The position numbers and the translations under genes are program-made. A stretch of 64,000 nucleotides of DNA from Vulcanimicrobiota bacterium (lineage in GTDB: Bacteria > Vulcanimicrobiota > Vulcanimicrobiia > Vulcanimicrobiales > Vulcanimicrobiaceae): assembly GCA_019232905.1 (NCBI GenBank), contig JAFANA010000103.1, positions 29,410-93,409 on the forward strand, written 5' to 3'. Below are positions 1 to 10,081 of this stretch, one piece after another; the first letter of the stretch is position 1, and each line of letters starts with the position of its first letter. The notes under the pieces were generated by a model. It saw only the letters and a list, made by a program, of their open reading frames with translations. It was not told where the DNA came from and did no database searches.

Positions 1-153
1 ATCAATGCGCGCGGGAACCTCGCGCATCGAAATCACTAAGCTGTCAGGTAAGACGGCGGCGGCGACTTCATCCGGCTCGCGTACGTCCAGCAACACGAAA
101 TCTTTTCCCTCGCTCCGCCAGCGGGCGAGGTCCTGTACGCTGATCTCCTTCAT
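1..153 (-). CDS. rhodanese-like sulfurtransferase domain protein (N-terminal part only, runs off left edge)
   Basis: Manual minus-strand translation from ATG at 153-151 gives [51 protein letters not shown]. This is the typical N-terminus of single-domain rhodaneses. The start overlaps the thiG stop (TAATG). It is too short to appear in the ORF track. Confidence 0.6.
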   Translation of the reverse strand, partial: MKEISVQDLARWRSEGKDFVLLDVREPDEVAAAVLPDSLVISMREVPARID

Positions 154-944
154 TACATTCCGCTCTGGGTCGTCGAGATGAGGTTTTGCATCGGGCTCGA
201 TGCGTTCGCGTAGAGACGCTTCTCCATGCGGCCCGCGAGAAACGCTTGACGGCCCGCAACGACCGCGTTCTTCATGGCATGCGCCATAAGTATCGGATCC
301 TTCGCCGCAGCAATGCCGGTATTCATCAGCAGCGCGTCGACGCCGAGTTCCATGGCAATCGCCGCGTCGGACGCCGTACCGACGCCCGCATCGACGATGA
401 CCGGCACGTTGGCGCGTTCTTTGATGATGCGAATTGTGTAGGGATTGCAGACGCCGAGGCCGCTGCCGATCGGCGCGGCGAGCGGCATCACCGCAGCACA
501 TCCAAGCTCTTCTAATTGTTTGCAGACGACGGGATCGTCGCCGATGTACGGCAGCACGGTAAATCCATCGGCGATCAGTTGCTCCGCAGCGGCCAACGTT
601 TCGCGGGCGTCGGGATGCAGCGTCTGCGGATCGCCGATTACTTCGAGCTTGATCAAATCGGTTTCGAGCAGCTCGCGCGCCAGTTGTGCGGTTAGCACGG
701 CGTCCTTCGCGCTGTAGCAACCGGCCGTATTCGGCAAAATGCGAAGCTTGTTGCGATCGATGTAATCGAGCATCGTCTTGCCGGTCGGATCGTCGAGATT
801 GATCCGGCGGATCGCGACGGTGACCATTTCCGCGCCGCTTGCAGCGTGCGCGTCCTGCATCACCTGCATCGACGGATATTTTCCGGTACCGAGGATAAGG
901 CGAGAACTGAACTGATATTTTCCGATGGTGAGCGTGTCGTTCAT
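153..944 (-). CDS. thiG: thiazole synthase ThiG
   Basis: ORF 153..1076 trimmed to internal ATG at 944 ([23 protein letters not shown]...). Full-length match to the ThiG pattern ([34 protein letters not shown]). The upstream 44 codons are Arg/Ser-rich and overlap thiS. Confidence 0.95.
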   Translation of the reverse strand: MNDTLTIGKYQFSSRLILGTGKYPSMQVMQDAHAASGAEMVTVAIRRINLDDPTGKTMLDYIDRNKLRILPNTAGCYSAKDAVLTAQLARELLETDLIKLEVIGDPQTLHPDARETLAAAEQLIADGFTVLPYIGDDPVVCKQLEELGCAAVMPLAAPIGSGLGVCNPYTIRIIKERANVPVIVDAGVGTASDAAIAMELGVDALLMNTGIAAAKDPILMAHAMKNAVVAGRQAFLAGRMEKRLYANASSPMQNLISTTQSGM

Positions 945-951
945 AGGATTC

Positions 952-1152
952 CTATCCGCCTGCGACGGCCTTGATGATCTCGATCGTGTCGCCGTCGGCG
1001 ATCTGCTGCGTGTCGAATTCGGCGCGGCGGACCACTTGCTGGTTTCGAGCAACGGCGATGCCCGAACGCGGCGCACCGAGGTCTTCTAAAAGGCCCGCGA
1101 GCGTGATTCCGTCAGGAAGTTCGCGCATTTCGCCGTTGATCGTCGCCTTCAC
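952..1152 (-). CDS. thiS: sulfur carrier protein ThiS
   Basis: 66 aa and ends in the diagnostic C-terminal GG (..IIKAVAGG). GTG start overlaps the thiO stop (GTGA). Sits between thiO and thiG. Confidence 0.9.
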   Translation of the reverse strand: MKATINGEMRELPDGITLAGLLEDLGAPRSGIAVARNQQVVRRAEFDTQQIADGDTIEIIKAVAGG

Positions 1153-2294
1153 GGTTTCGACATTCGCTTCGTTGCCGCGCCTTCTTTTTCAAACCGAGCG
1201 AGCAGCCACGGCTCGAGCACCGCACGGTCGCCACGTTCGACAAAATCCGCAATCAAGCGCGCCGTGACGGGCGTTAGCAGAATTCCGTTACGGTAGTGCC
1301 CCGTAGCCAAAATCAGCCCGTCGACGGAAGTCGGGCCGAGGATCGGCCGCTCGTCGGGCGTCCCCGGACGTAATCCGGCCCACGTTTCGGTCACGGCGAA
1401 GTCGCCGAGCGCCGGAGCGGCATCGAGTGCCGCGTCGAGCAACGAACGGACACCGTCGGCGGTGACGCGCTGATCGAATCCCGCGCGTTCGACCGTCGCG
1501 CCGACGAGCAGCCGGCCGTCATCGCGCGGGACGAGATATGCGCCGGGAACCCACGTCGTGCGCTTCAAAAATCCGCGCGGCATTGCGAGCGCAAGCATTT
1601 GACCTTTGATTGGTTCGAGCGGAGGTTCGCACGCAACCGGCAAGCCGGGTAATGATGCGCTCCATGCTCCGGCCGCGACGACGACGTGCGACGCTCCGGC
1701 GAATCCCCAATTACTCCGCACGCCGAGCACCCGGCGGGCATCGCATTCAACCGCAACGTCACGCGCATCGCGCACAATCGCTACACCCGCAGATTCGCAC
1801 GCCGCCGTCAGCGCGCGTCCCAAACGGCGATTGTCGACGGCACCTTCACCCTCCACGGCAATTGCTCCGAAGACATGACGCCCGAGCGACGGCTCGGCGA
1901 GCATCGCGCCGGACCGATCGAGGACGTCGCACGCAACACCGTTCGCTCGCAACCGCTCGGCATCGCGACGCAACTCGTCCATCCGCACATCATCGAACGC
2001 GGCGTTGACGATTCCGTCGAGGTGCAGATGTACCCCGACGCCGCTCGTCGCTTCAATATCTGCCACAAAGCCGGGATACAGCGCGAGCGATTGCGCGCAA
2101 AGGCGCGCGAGCGCGTCGTCATTCATGCGTTCGGTGTATGGCGCGAGCATACCGGCACCGGCCCACGATGCAGCGCGTCCCGGTAAGTCGCGTTCGAAGA
2201 CGCGCACCGTTGCGCCGCGCCGCGCCAATTCGTGCGCGACGGCAAGGCCGATTAGTCCGGCCCCGATGATCGCAACGTCGCCGGAGAGTCTCAT
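1149..2294 (-). CDS. thiO: glycine oxidase ThiO (FAD-dependent)
   Basis: 381 aa with N-terminal dinucleotide fold DVAIIGAGLIGLAVAHELARRG. DAO-family layout and position at the head of the thiS-thiG string. Confidence 0.88.
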   Translation of the reverse strand: MRLSGDVAIIGAGLIGLAVAHELARRGATVRVFERDLPGRAASWAGAGMLAPYTERMNDDALARLCAQSLALYPGFVADIEATSGVGVHLHLDGIVNAAFDDVRMDELRRDAERLRANGVACDVLDRSGAMLAEPSLGRHVFGAIAVEGEGAVDNRRLGRALTAACESAGVAIVRDARDVAVECDARRVLGVRSNWGFAGASHVVVAAGAWSASLPGLPVACEPPLEPIKGQMLALAMPRGFLKRTTWVPGAYLVPRDDGRLLVGATVERAGFDQRVTADGVRSLLDAALDAAPALGDFAVTETWAGLRPGTPDERPILGPTSVDGLILATGHYRNGILLTPVTARLIADFVERGDRAVLEPWLLARFEKEGAATKRMSKP

Positions 2295-2377
2295 ATGCCT
2301 ACATTAGCACTCCGGTTGCGTGCGGGCCTGCGCTTTCGGGATACGGACCGATGCAACAGAATTGCCATACTACATTC

Positions 2378-5050
2378 ATGGACGAAAATGCCGAACGAGC
2401 GCGGCTGCGGGAAGCCGATGAGCGCGGCGTGCCATGGCGCAAATGGGGGCCGTATCTGAGCGAACGTCAATGGGGAACGGTGCGCGAAGACTACAGCGAC
2501 GACGGGAGCGCCTGGGATTACTTTCCATTCGAGCAAGCGCGCTTTCGCGCGTATCGTTGGGGCGAGGATGGGATCGCCGGATTTTCCGACGACCATCAAA
2601 TGCTTTGCTTTGCCCTTGCGTTCTGGAACGGGAACGATCCGTTCTTAAAGGAACGCTACTTCGGACTCACCGGTCCCCAAGGCAATCACGGCGAGGATGT
2701 CAAGGACTATTATTGGTACCTCGACGCGACGCCGACGCACTCGTATCTGCGCACGCTCTACAAGTATCCGCAACAACGCTTTCCGTATGAAGCGCTGTGC
2801 GATGAGAACCGGCAGCGTTCGAGAAGCGCTCCGGAGTTCGAACTAATCGACACCGGCATTTTCAACGATGATGCCTATTTCGACATCATCGTAGAGTACG
2901 CCAAAAGCGATCCCGAAACGGTCGGCATTCGTATCACCGCGACAAATCGCGGCAAGCAACCTGCAACGCTGCACGTCCTGCCGACGCTTTGGTTCATGAA
3001 CACGTGGAGCTGGGGCAAATCGTCGAACAAGCCGACCCTCCGTCTGGACGACGTCTCACGCTCGGTCTTTGCGCAGCACGAAATCGCCGGCACGAAGTTT
3101 CTTCAATTCTCGGGAGAAGCGGAGCCGCTCTTCACTGAGAACGAATCGAATGCGGAGACACTGTGGAACGTCACCAACGCCTCCCCGTACACAAAGGATG
3201 GAATCGACGCCTACGTGGTTCGCGGCGCACGCGATGCGGTCAATCCCGAGCGCGTTGGAACCAAAGCCGCCGTGCACCACGTGCTGGACCTCGCTCCCGG
3301 TGAACAGCGCGCCGTCCATCTGCGCCTCGGCGATGAGCCCGATCCCGCATTTTCTCCATTGCAAATCGCCGCGCTGATTGCGGCGCGCAGGAATGAGGCC
3401 GACGTCTTTTATCACGACATCGCGCCCGGCGAAGCGAACGACGACCTCCGCGAGGTTCAACGACAGGCACTCGCCGGAATGATTTGGTCGAAACAGACCT
3501 ACCGGTACGGAATTGTCCCGTGGCTCAACGGCGACGGCCCGTTTCCGCACAAGCGTCAGAACGAGCGCAATGCGAACTGGGTGCACTTGAGCGCCTCCGA
3601 CGTCATCTCGATGCCCGACAAATGGGAATATCCGTGGTTTGCCGCATGGGACCTCGCATTCCACGCGATACCGTTCGCATTGTGCGACATCGAGTTCGCC
3701 AAGCAGCAACTCGAATTGCTCATGCACGAGCGCTTCATGCATCCAAACGGCCAGATACCGGCGTACGAGTGGGCGTTCGAAGACGTCAATCCGCCGGTGC
3801 ATCCGGCCGCGGCACTCGCCGTTTATATGGCAGAAAAAAGCACGACGGGCCGGGCCGATACCGCATTTCTCGAGCGGATGTTCATCAAGCTCGTGATGTA
3901 TTTCACGTGGTGGGTCAATCGTAAAGATCCGCTGGGGCGCAATGTGTTTTCCGGCGGTTTCCTAGGACTCGACAACATCGGTCCGTTCGACCGCAGTTCC
4001 CAGCTTCCGGCCGGTTTTCGGCTCATGCAATCCGACGGAACGAGTTGGATGGCGCTGTTCTGCATTTCGATGATGGAAATCGCTCGGATTCTCGCGCAAG
4101 AAAATCCGGTCTATTACGATGCGCTCGCGAAATTTGCCGCGCACTTCGTCTTCATCAACGATGCAGTGAATGAAGCGGACGGGTTGTGGGACGAGCAGGA
4201 CGGCTTCTACTACGACGTCGTGGAGACGCCCGAGGGACAGCGGGTTCCGCTTCGCTTGCGCTCGATGGTCGGACTGATTCCGCTTTTTGCAACGAGCATC
4301 GTCAATCCCAACGAGAGTCCGTTGTTCGAACGCGTCGTGCGCGAAACGGCGGAATGGATCGTTCGCGAACGCCCGGACCTCAAATACGTGATCGAGCGCA
4401 TGGGATCGACAAACTTCTCGAAGACGTTCTTAATGGCGATCGTTCGCGACGACCGCTTGGAGCGAGTGTTGAAGTACATGCTTGACGAGAACGAGTTTCT
4501 CAGCCCGTACGGCATTCGTTCCCTCTCCAAAGTCTACGAACAACAACCATTTACAATTCGCGGGCCGCATCAAGAACTCACGGTTCGCTACGAGCCGGCC
4601 GAATCGTCGACCGGAATGTTCGGCGGAAACTCCAATTGGCGCGGGCCGATTTGGTTCCCGGTAAACTTCATGATCATCGCTTCGTTGCGCCGCTATCACG
4701 CATTTTACGGTGACCGTTTCACCGTGGAGATGCCGACGGGTTCCGGCCGGCGCGTTCCGCTCAACGTCGTCGCCGACGAGTTGGCCGGACGGTTGATTTC
4801 AATCTTCACACTCGACGCGAACGGACGCCGCCCAGTCTTCGGCGGCGCCGAACGGTTTCAGAACGATCCATCCTGGCGGGACAACATACTGTTCTATGAA
4901 TACTTTCACGGCGACAACGGCGCGGGCATCGGCGCAAGTCATCAAACCGGCTGGACCGGGCTCGTCGCAACGCTCATCGCATCATTCGGCACATGGCGCG
5001 CACTGCAAGCGGAGGTAGCGGGGTCGCTAGCGGCAGCCGGGCTTACCTAG
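2378..5050 (+). CDS. GH63-like (six-hairpin) glycoside hydrolase, putative glucosidase
   Basis: ORF 2351..5050. The conserved N-terminal block WRKWGPYLSERQWGTVREDYS...AWDYFPFEQARFRAYRWGEDGIAGF is characteristic of the bacterial GH63-like family as I recall it. Start placed at MDENAERARL (2378); ATG 2351 is the alternative. Confidence 0.82.
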   Translation: MDENAERARLREADERGVPWRKWGPYLSERQWGTVREDYSDDGSAWDYFPFEQARFRAYRWGEDGIAGFSDDHQMLCFALAFWNGNDPFLKERYFGLTGPQGNHGEDVKDYYWYLDATPTHSYLRTLYKYPQQRFPYEALCDENRQRSRSAPEFELIDTGIFNDDAYFDIIVEYAKSDPETVGIRITATNRGKQPATLHVLPTLWFMNTWSWGKSSNKPTLRLDDVSRSVFAQHEIAGTKFLQFSGEAEPLFTENESNAETLWNVTNASPYTKDGIDAYVVRGARDAVNPERVGTKAAVHHVLDLAPGEQRAVHLRLGDEPDPAFSPLQIAALIAARRNEADVFYHDIAPGEANDDLREVQRQALAGMIWSKQTYRYGIVPWLNGDGPFPHKRQNERNANWVHLSASDVISMPDKWEYPWFAAWDLAFHAIPFALCDIEFAKQQLELLMHERFMHPNGQIPAYEWAFEDVNPPVHPAAALAVYMAEKSTTGRADTAFLERMFIKLVMYFTWWVNRKDPLGRNVFSGGFLGLDNIGPFDRSSQLPAGFRLMQSDGTSWMALFCISMMEIARILAQENPVYYDALAKFAAHFVFINDAVNEADGLWDEQDGFYYDVVETPEGQRVPLRLRSMVGLIPLFATSIVNPNESPLFERVVRETAEWIVRERPDLKYVIERMGSTNFSKTFLMAIVRDDRLERVLKYMLDENEFLSPYGIRSLSKVYEQQPFTIRGPHQELTVRYEPAESSTGMFGGNSNWRGPIWFPVNFMIIASLRRYHAFYGDRFTVEMPTGSGRRVPLNVVADELAGRLISIFTLDANGRRPVFGGAERFQNDPSWRDNILFYEYFHGDNGAGIGASHQTGWTGLVATLIASFGTWRALQAEVAGSLAAAGLT

Positions 5051-5694
5051 ATTCACTGCAGAATCTGCCTTGGCCGCCGCTCTTCGTACTGCTTGCGATC
5101 GCATCGCCGGGATGGTTGCTGGATGCGCGCTATCGCGTGCTCCCGAAGGAACTCGCGCTTACCATCGCAGCGTTAGCGGTATTTCTCGTTGCGCTGTGCT
5201 TTGCCGAACGGGTTTTTCACCAGCCGCGCTTGGAGCGAATTACTACCGTCGTCCTCGCCGAAGGCGCCACGATTGCCAACATCCTCTTACTTTTCGGCCT
5301 GCTGTGGATGATGGCGAACTCGCATGAACTCGACGGGCGGCGCCTGCTCTCGTCAGCGATCTTCATCTGGGTCAGCAACGTTCTCGTATTTGCGCTTGCG
5401 TACTGGGCAACGGACGGCGGCGGCCCGGAAGACCGCCGTAGCGACACGCCGTACAAGCCGGATTTCATCTTCCCCGAGATGCAGCAGCCCGGCGAGACGG
5501 ATGCGCCCTTCAGGCCGAACTTCGGCGACTATTTGTATTTGGCGTTCAGCACATCGACGGCGTTCAGCGCGACCGATACGCTGACGGCATCGTCACGAGC
5601 GCGGTTGTTGCTCGTGTTGCAAGCGTCGGTTTCGCTTATTACGCTCGCCGTCGTCGCGGCGCGCGCCGTAAACATTCTGCCGACGGGACAGTAA
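4993..5694 (+). CDS. DUF1345-like integral membrane protein
   Basis: Several hydrophobic helices plus the C-terminal block FGDYLYLAFSTSTAFSATD typical of DUF1345. The start is uncertain: ATG 4993 overlaps the preceding gene by 58 nt, and an internal GTG (VLPKELAL) is possible. Confidence 0.6.
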   Translation: MARTASGGSGVASGSRAYLDSLQNLPWPPLFVLLAIASPGWLLDARYRVLPKELALTIAALAVFLVALCFAERVFHQPRLERITTVVLAEGATIANILLLFGLLWMMANSHELDGRRLLSSAIFIWVSNVLVFALAYWATDGGGPEDRRSDTPYKPDFIFPEMQQPGETDAPFRPNFGDYLYLAFSTSTAFSATDTLTASSRARLLLVLQASVSLITLAVVAARAVNILPTGQ

Positions 5695-5698
5695 CGGC

Positions 5699-7360
5699 TT
5701 ACATTCCGGTGTACACGGGACCTTCGCCACCTTGCGGCGGCACCCACGTAATGATCTGATACGGATCGGCGATGTCGCACGTCTTACAGTGCACGCAGTT
5801 TGTGAAGTTGATCTGCAACCGGCCGTCTACTTTTCCGTCGCCGTTCTTCTCGAAGAGCGGCTCGTACACCGCCGCGGGACAGAAGTACGCGCACGGATTC
5901 CCGTATTCGACCGTGCAGCGGTCGCGACAGATATTCGTGTCGGCGACTTTCAAATGAGACGGCTGGTCTTCTTCGTGCATCGTGCCGGAATTGTACACGT
6001 CCGTCAGTTTGTCGAACGTAAGCACGCTGTCGATCTGTGCGCGCGGCGTCTCTTTGGGTTTGTAGCCGGCCTTCTGCATGTGCTCGTAGCCGGGCTTCTG
6101 TGAAAGTTTATCGATTACGCCGAACGCGCGGCCGCCGGTAAACGTCGCCAATCCCGCGTTGAGGACGCCCGCCCACATGCCGTGTTCGAATCCTTGGTGG
6201 AAGTTGCGCGCGCTGCGCATCTCGGTATAGGCCCACGAGTTGCGGAAGCGTTCCTCATATGCCGCAAGCGTTTTTACTTCGTAGTTTTCAGCTTGCAACG
6301 CATCCCACGCCGTTTCCGCGGCCATCATGCCGGACTTCATCGCGAGATGCACGCCCTTCAGACGCATACCGTTAAGAAATCCCGCCGAATCGCCGGTGAT
6401 CATCAAGCCGTCGGCATACGGACGAATCATTGCGAAGAATCCACCTTCGGGAATCGCTTTCGCGCCGTAGCGGACCATCTTTCCGCCGTCGAGCAATTTG
6501 CGAATCTCCGGATGTTCTTTCATTCGCTGCAACTCATTGTGCGGATCGGTCGTCGGATTCTTATAGTCGAGACCCGTCACGTGTCCGATATCGATAATCC
6601 GGTCTTTCATCCCGTAGATGAAGCCGCCGCCGAAGGTTTCCGGCGGGAGCGGATAACCGAGCGTGTGAATCACGGTTCCTGCAGGGAAGCGATCGTCGGG
6701 AACCTGCCAGAGTTCTTTCACGCCGGCGGCATAGACCATCGGCTCTTTTCCCGCATCGAGATCGAGACGCGGAATCGCCTGCTTTGCGAGCGTGCCGCGC
6801 GGGCCTTCGCCGAGGATTACGATCTTCGCAAGCAGATCGGCACCGGGTTCGTAGTTCGACTTCGGATTGCCGTTGTGATCGACGCCTTTATCGCCGGTGC
6901 GAACGCCGATGACGCGATCGCCGTCCCACAGCAATTCTTGGCCGGGGAACTCACCGAAGACCTGAACGCCGAGTTCTTCCGCTTGCGCGGCCATCCACTT
7001 CGTTAAACGTTGCAGCGACGAAACGTACTTGCCGTGATTATTGAGCGGCGGCGGCGTGAACGGCGCTTTGATCTTCCCGCCCTTGGTGAGAAACCACATC
7101 TCGTCGCGGCCGACGGGCGCTTCGATCGGGGCACCGTTCTCCAGCCAGTCGGGCATGAGTTCGCTGATGGCGCGCGGATCGAGAACGAGTCCTGAGAGCC
7201 CGTGATTGCCGATCTCCGCCGCCTTTTCGATCACGAGAATTTCGAGTTCGCGGCCTGCGGCTTTTGCGAGCTGCCCAAGCCGGATCGCGCCGGCGAGACT
7301 CGCCGGACCTGCCCCCACAAAAAGAACGTCGACTTCGAGTTGATCGCGCTGCGCTGCCAT
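5699..7360 (-). CDS. electron-transfer flavoprotein:ubiquinone oxidoreductase (ETF-QO)
   Basis: 553 aa. N-terminal FAD fold VLFVGAGPASLAGAIRL and C-terminal 4Fe-4S motif CVHCKTCDIADPYQIITWVPPQGGEGPVYTGM, diagnostic of ETF-QO. Confidence 0.93.
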   Translation of the reverse strand: MAAQRDQLEVDVLFVGAGPASLAGAIRLGQLAKAAGRELEILVIEKAAEIGNHGLSGLVLDPRAISELMPDWLENGAPIEAPVGRDEMWFLTKGGKIKAPFTPPPLNNHGKYVSSLQRLTKWMAAQAEELGVQVFGEFPGQELLWDGDRVIGVRTGDKGVDHNGNPKSNYEPGADLLAKIVILGEGPRGTLAKQAIPRLDLDAGKEPMVYAAGVKELWQVPDDRFPAGTVIHTLGYPLPPETFGGGFIYGMKDRIIDIGHVTGLDYKNPTTDPHNELQRMKEHPEIRKLLDGGKMVRYGAKAIPEGGFFAMIRPYADGLMITGDSAGFLNGMRLKGVHLAMKSGMMAAETAWDALQAENYEVKTLAAYEERFRNSWAYTEMRSARNFHQGFEHGMWAGVLNAGLATFTGGRAFGVIDKLSQKPGYEHMQKAGYKPKETPRAQIDSVLTFDKLTDVYNSGTMHEEDQPSHLKVADTNICRDRCTVEYGNPCAYFCPAAVYEPLFEKNGDGKVDGRLQINFTNCVHCKTCDIADPYQIITWVPPQGGEGPVYTGM

Positions 7361-7423
7361 GGCGCACCTTTTCGAGCTACGTCAAAATGATCATTTCATA
7401 GAACCCTGAGAACGCTGCGACAG

Positions 7424-8098
7424 TTATCGCAACGACGCAATTGCAGCCTGGACCATACGCACGTGCATGTCAACGCGCTCGTCGAGCGTGGCATGTGCCG
7501 GCGTTTCCAGCGTGATCGCGTCGTCCGCCGCGCCTCGGCGCATGAGCAGCGATAACGAGAGACCGCCCAAGAGCTCCGCCTCCTCGATGGGATCGGGCCG
7601 CAAGCATTCCGGCACAATGCGTTCGCCGATCGCGCGATCACCGTATTCGTAGCAGTACGGTCCGCCGGCTTGGTCATCTTCGTGTAAGTCGACCGCAAGG
7701 ACGAATTTTCGATCGCGATTTGACATGATGACGGCGCTCGCTTCCGGCGACGTGCCGCCGCGTCCGAACGTCCGATTGATATCGACGCCGTCGGCGTTTA
7801 CACGCGTTCGCGCATCGAAGCCCGTCGGATTGGTGCACGGCCAGATACGATACGAAAATGCGCGATCGAGCATTCCGGATTCGACGAGTCGCAGGAGCGC
7901 GAGTACGCCCGCCGGTTCGTCGCCATGAACGCCGCCGCTCAAATGAATTGCAGGCAACGCCGCATCGCCGAACTCCGCGCAGAGCAGCGTGCGCGGCGCG
8001 CCGACGCATGCGACTTCTCGAACGCGTACGTCGTGCGAGTCACGGAGGTTTTTCCAGCGCTGCGCGAGTTCGCGGTAGGTGGGCAGCGAGAGCGGCAT
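7424..8098 (-). CDS. M14-family zinc peptidase / succinylglutamate desuccinylase-aspartoacylase family
   Basis: ORF 7424..8218 trimmed to MPLSLPTYREL (ATG 8098). Zn-binding HGDE in SGGVHGDEPAG, followed by NPTGF and DLHED. Confidence 0.78.
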   Translation of the reverse strand: MPLSLPTYRELAQRWKNLRDSHDVRVREVACVGAPRTLLCAEFGDAALPAIHLSGGVHGDEPAGVLALLRLVESGMLDRAFSYRIWPCTNPTGFDARTRVNADGVDINRTFGRGGTSPEASAVIMSNRDRKFVLAVDLHEDDQAGGPYCYEYGDRAIGERIVPECLRPDPIEEAELLGGLSLSLLMRRGAADDAITLETPAHATLDERVDMHVRMVQAAIASLR

Positions 8099-8112
8099 AA
8101 ACTCACCCTTCC

Positions 8113-8730
8113 ATGAAGATCCAGATCGGCGTGATGGGTTCTGCCGGCGGCCCCATAAGCGCTGCCGAACTTGAACTTTCCAGGCGTCTCGGGCGTCGCA
8201 TCGCCGAGCGCGGCGCAACGATCGTTACGGGCGCATGCCCGGGTCTGCCGCACGCGGCCGTCATCGGCGCTCACGAGCGTGGTGGACAAAGCCTGGGTGT
8301 TTCGCCGGCGCTTTCGCGTGAAGAGCACGTCAATGTGTACGGTTCGCCGTTGCAGCCGTATACCACGATGGTCTTCACCGGGTCAGGATTGATGGGGCGC
8401 GAAACGCACAATATTCACAGCTCGGACTTCGTGCTCTTCGTCGGCGGACGCAGTGGAACGCTCGGTGAGTTCTGCATCGCGTACGACGAAGGCAAACTGA
8501 TCGGCGTTCTGACGAATTCCGGCGGCATTTCCAACGACTTCACGCATATTGCAAGTATCGTGCACAAGGACACCGGATCGATCGTCATCACCGACGACGA
8601 TCCCAAAGCGCTTGTCGATCGCTGCATGGATTTATATCTTAGCTCCGCCATCCCATCGTCGGTTGCGTTCAATCGCACCGCGGAATTCCCACTTCGCAAA
8701 CCCAGAGTAACGCAGGAGACCCGTGGCTGA
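8113..8730 (+). CDS. LOG/TIGR00725-like Rossmann-fold nucleotide-binding protein
   Basis: MKIQIGVMGSAG... then GGRSGTLGE (the PGGxGTxxE-type motif of the LOG/SLOG superfamily). The stop overlaps the next gene's GTG by 8 nt. Confidence 0.78.
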   Translation: MKIQIGVMGSAGGPISAAELELSRRLGRRIAERGATIVTGACPGLPHAAVIGAHERGGQSLGVSPALSREEHVNVYGSPLQPYTTMVFTGSGLMGRETHNIHSSDFVLFVGGRSGTLGEFCIAYDEGKLIGVLTNSGGISNDFTHIASIVHKDTGSIVITDDDPKALVDRCMDLYLSSAIPSSVAFNRTAEFPLRKPRVTQETRG

Positions 8731-10081
8731 ATTAACTTTCGTCGGTGCCGCGGGGACGGTTACCGGAAGCAAACATCTCTTGACGATCGGCGACAAGCAC
8801 ATTTTCGTCGATTGCGGCCTCTTTCAAGGTGTCGTGGACGTACGCACGCTCAACGACGTGCCGCTGCCCGTTCCCGCAACCGACATCGCCGCGGTCGTCG
8901 TCACGCACGGACATCTCGACCACGTCGGCTTTTTACCGCGCCTCGTCCACGAAGGCTTCGACGGACCGATCTACTGCACGCCGCCGACGCAGGCGGTCAT
9001 GGGCATCGTGCTCGACGATGCGGCGCATTTGCAACAGGAATTACAGGAACGCGGTTTTCAGCACCAGCGCCCCTATGCGCCGCCGGTGTATTACGATCAA
9101 CGCGACGTCGAACGCGCGAAACACTGCGCGGTTCCACACGACCTTCATAAAGAATTCGACGTCGCCGACATTGCGAAAGCGACGTATTTTAACGCCGGCC
9201 ACATCCTGGGTTCGGCGTTCGTAGCGCTCGAGTTCGAGGGAAAGCGCGTGATCTTTTCCGGCGATCTCGGCCGGTACAACCGCCCGCTGCTTTTCGATCC
9301 GGAACCGCTCGGCGCCGCGGACGACGTAATTTGCGAATCGACGTATGCGGACCGCGTGCATCCGCCCGACGCGCTCGAGGATTTCCAGCACGCGCTTTCG
9401 ACGGCGATCGACCTCGGCGGCGCGATCGTGATTCCGGCATTCGCGATCGAACGCTCGCAAGATATTCTCCTCGCGATTGCAACGCTGCAATCGCGCGATC
9501 CCAAGATCGCATCGGTTCCGGTGCATCTCGATAGTCCGATGGCAGAGAAGGTCGATGACGCTTTCGAAGCGTTTCCGAACGCGCATAAGCCTATCCCGAA
9601 CGATTCGCCCGCGCATCCCTTCGGCGTGCGGAATCTCACGATACACATCACGGCCGATCAATCGAAAGAGCTCAATCACGTCCGCGGCCCGCACATCATC
9701 GTATCGTCCAGCGGCATGGCGTCCGGTGGACGTATACTGCACCACCTGCACAATCATCTCAGCGACAAGAACTCAACCGTAATCTTCGCGGGATATCAGA
9801 GCGCCGGAACGCTAGGATATATCTTGTCGCACGGCGCCCACACCGTCACGCTGTACGGCGATAATCTTCCCGTGCGCGCCAACATCGTGCACTTAGGCGG
9901 ATTCAGCGGGCATGCCGATCGCGACGAGCTCAAGCGCTGGCTGCAAACATGTACTTCGAAACCGCATCTGTACGCCGTGCACGGTGAAGCTGAATCGGCC
10001 GCAGCACTTGCCGCAATAGCCGACACCGCGCTCGGATGGAAGGCGGACGTTGCAAGGCGCGGAATCACCGTGACGCTGTGA
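8723..10081 (+). CDS. beta-CASP MBL-fold nuclease (RNA-metabolising metallo-beta-lactamase)
   Basis: 452 aa. MBL motif VVVTHGHLDHVGFLP and N-terminal LTFVGAAGTVTGSKHLL typical of beta-CASP (CPSF/RNase J-like) proteins. Confidence 0.85.
   Translation: MAELTFVGAAGTVTGSKHLLTIGDKHIFVDCGLFQGVVDVRTLNDVPLPVPATDIAAVVVTHGHLDHVGFLPRLVHEGFDGPIYCTPPTQAVMGIVLDDAAHLQQELQERGFQHQRPYAPPVYYDQRDVERAKHCAVPHDLHKEFDVADIAKATYFNAGHILGSAFVALEFEGKRVIFSGDLGRYNRPLLFDPEPLGAADDVICESTYADRVHPPDALEDFQHALSTAIDLGGAIVIPAFAIERSQDILLAIATLQSRDPKIASVPVHLDSPMAEKVDDAFEAFPNAHKPIPNDSPAHPFGVRNLTIHITADQSKELNHVRGPHIIVSSSGMASGGRILHHLHNHLSDKNSTVIFAGYQSAGTLGYILSHGAHTVTLYGDNLPVRANIVHLGGFSGHADRDELKRWLQTCTSKPHLYAVHGEAESAAALAAIADTALGWKADVARRGITVTL

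Noticed and set aside
2295-2420. Looked for a TPP riboswitch upstream of thiO
   Set aside because: The reverse complement lacks CUGAGA and the ACCUGAUC...GCCAGCG core. Only 56-83 nt are non-coding, too short for the roughly 100-nt aptamer unless it overlaps the glycosidase CDS. The absence is reported as a finding, not as a feature.
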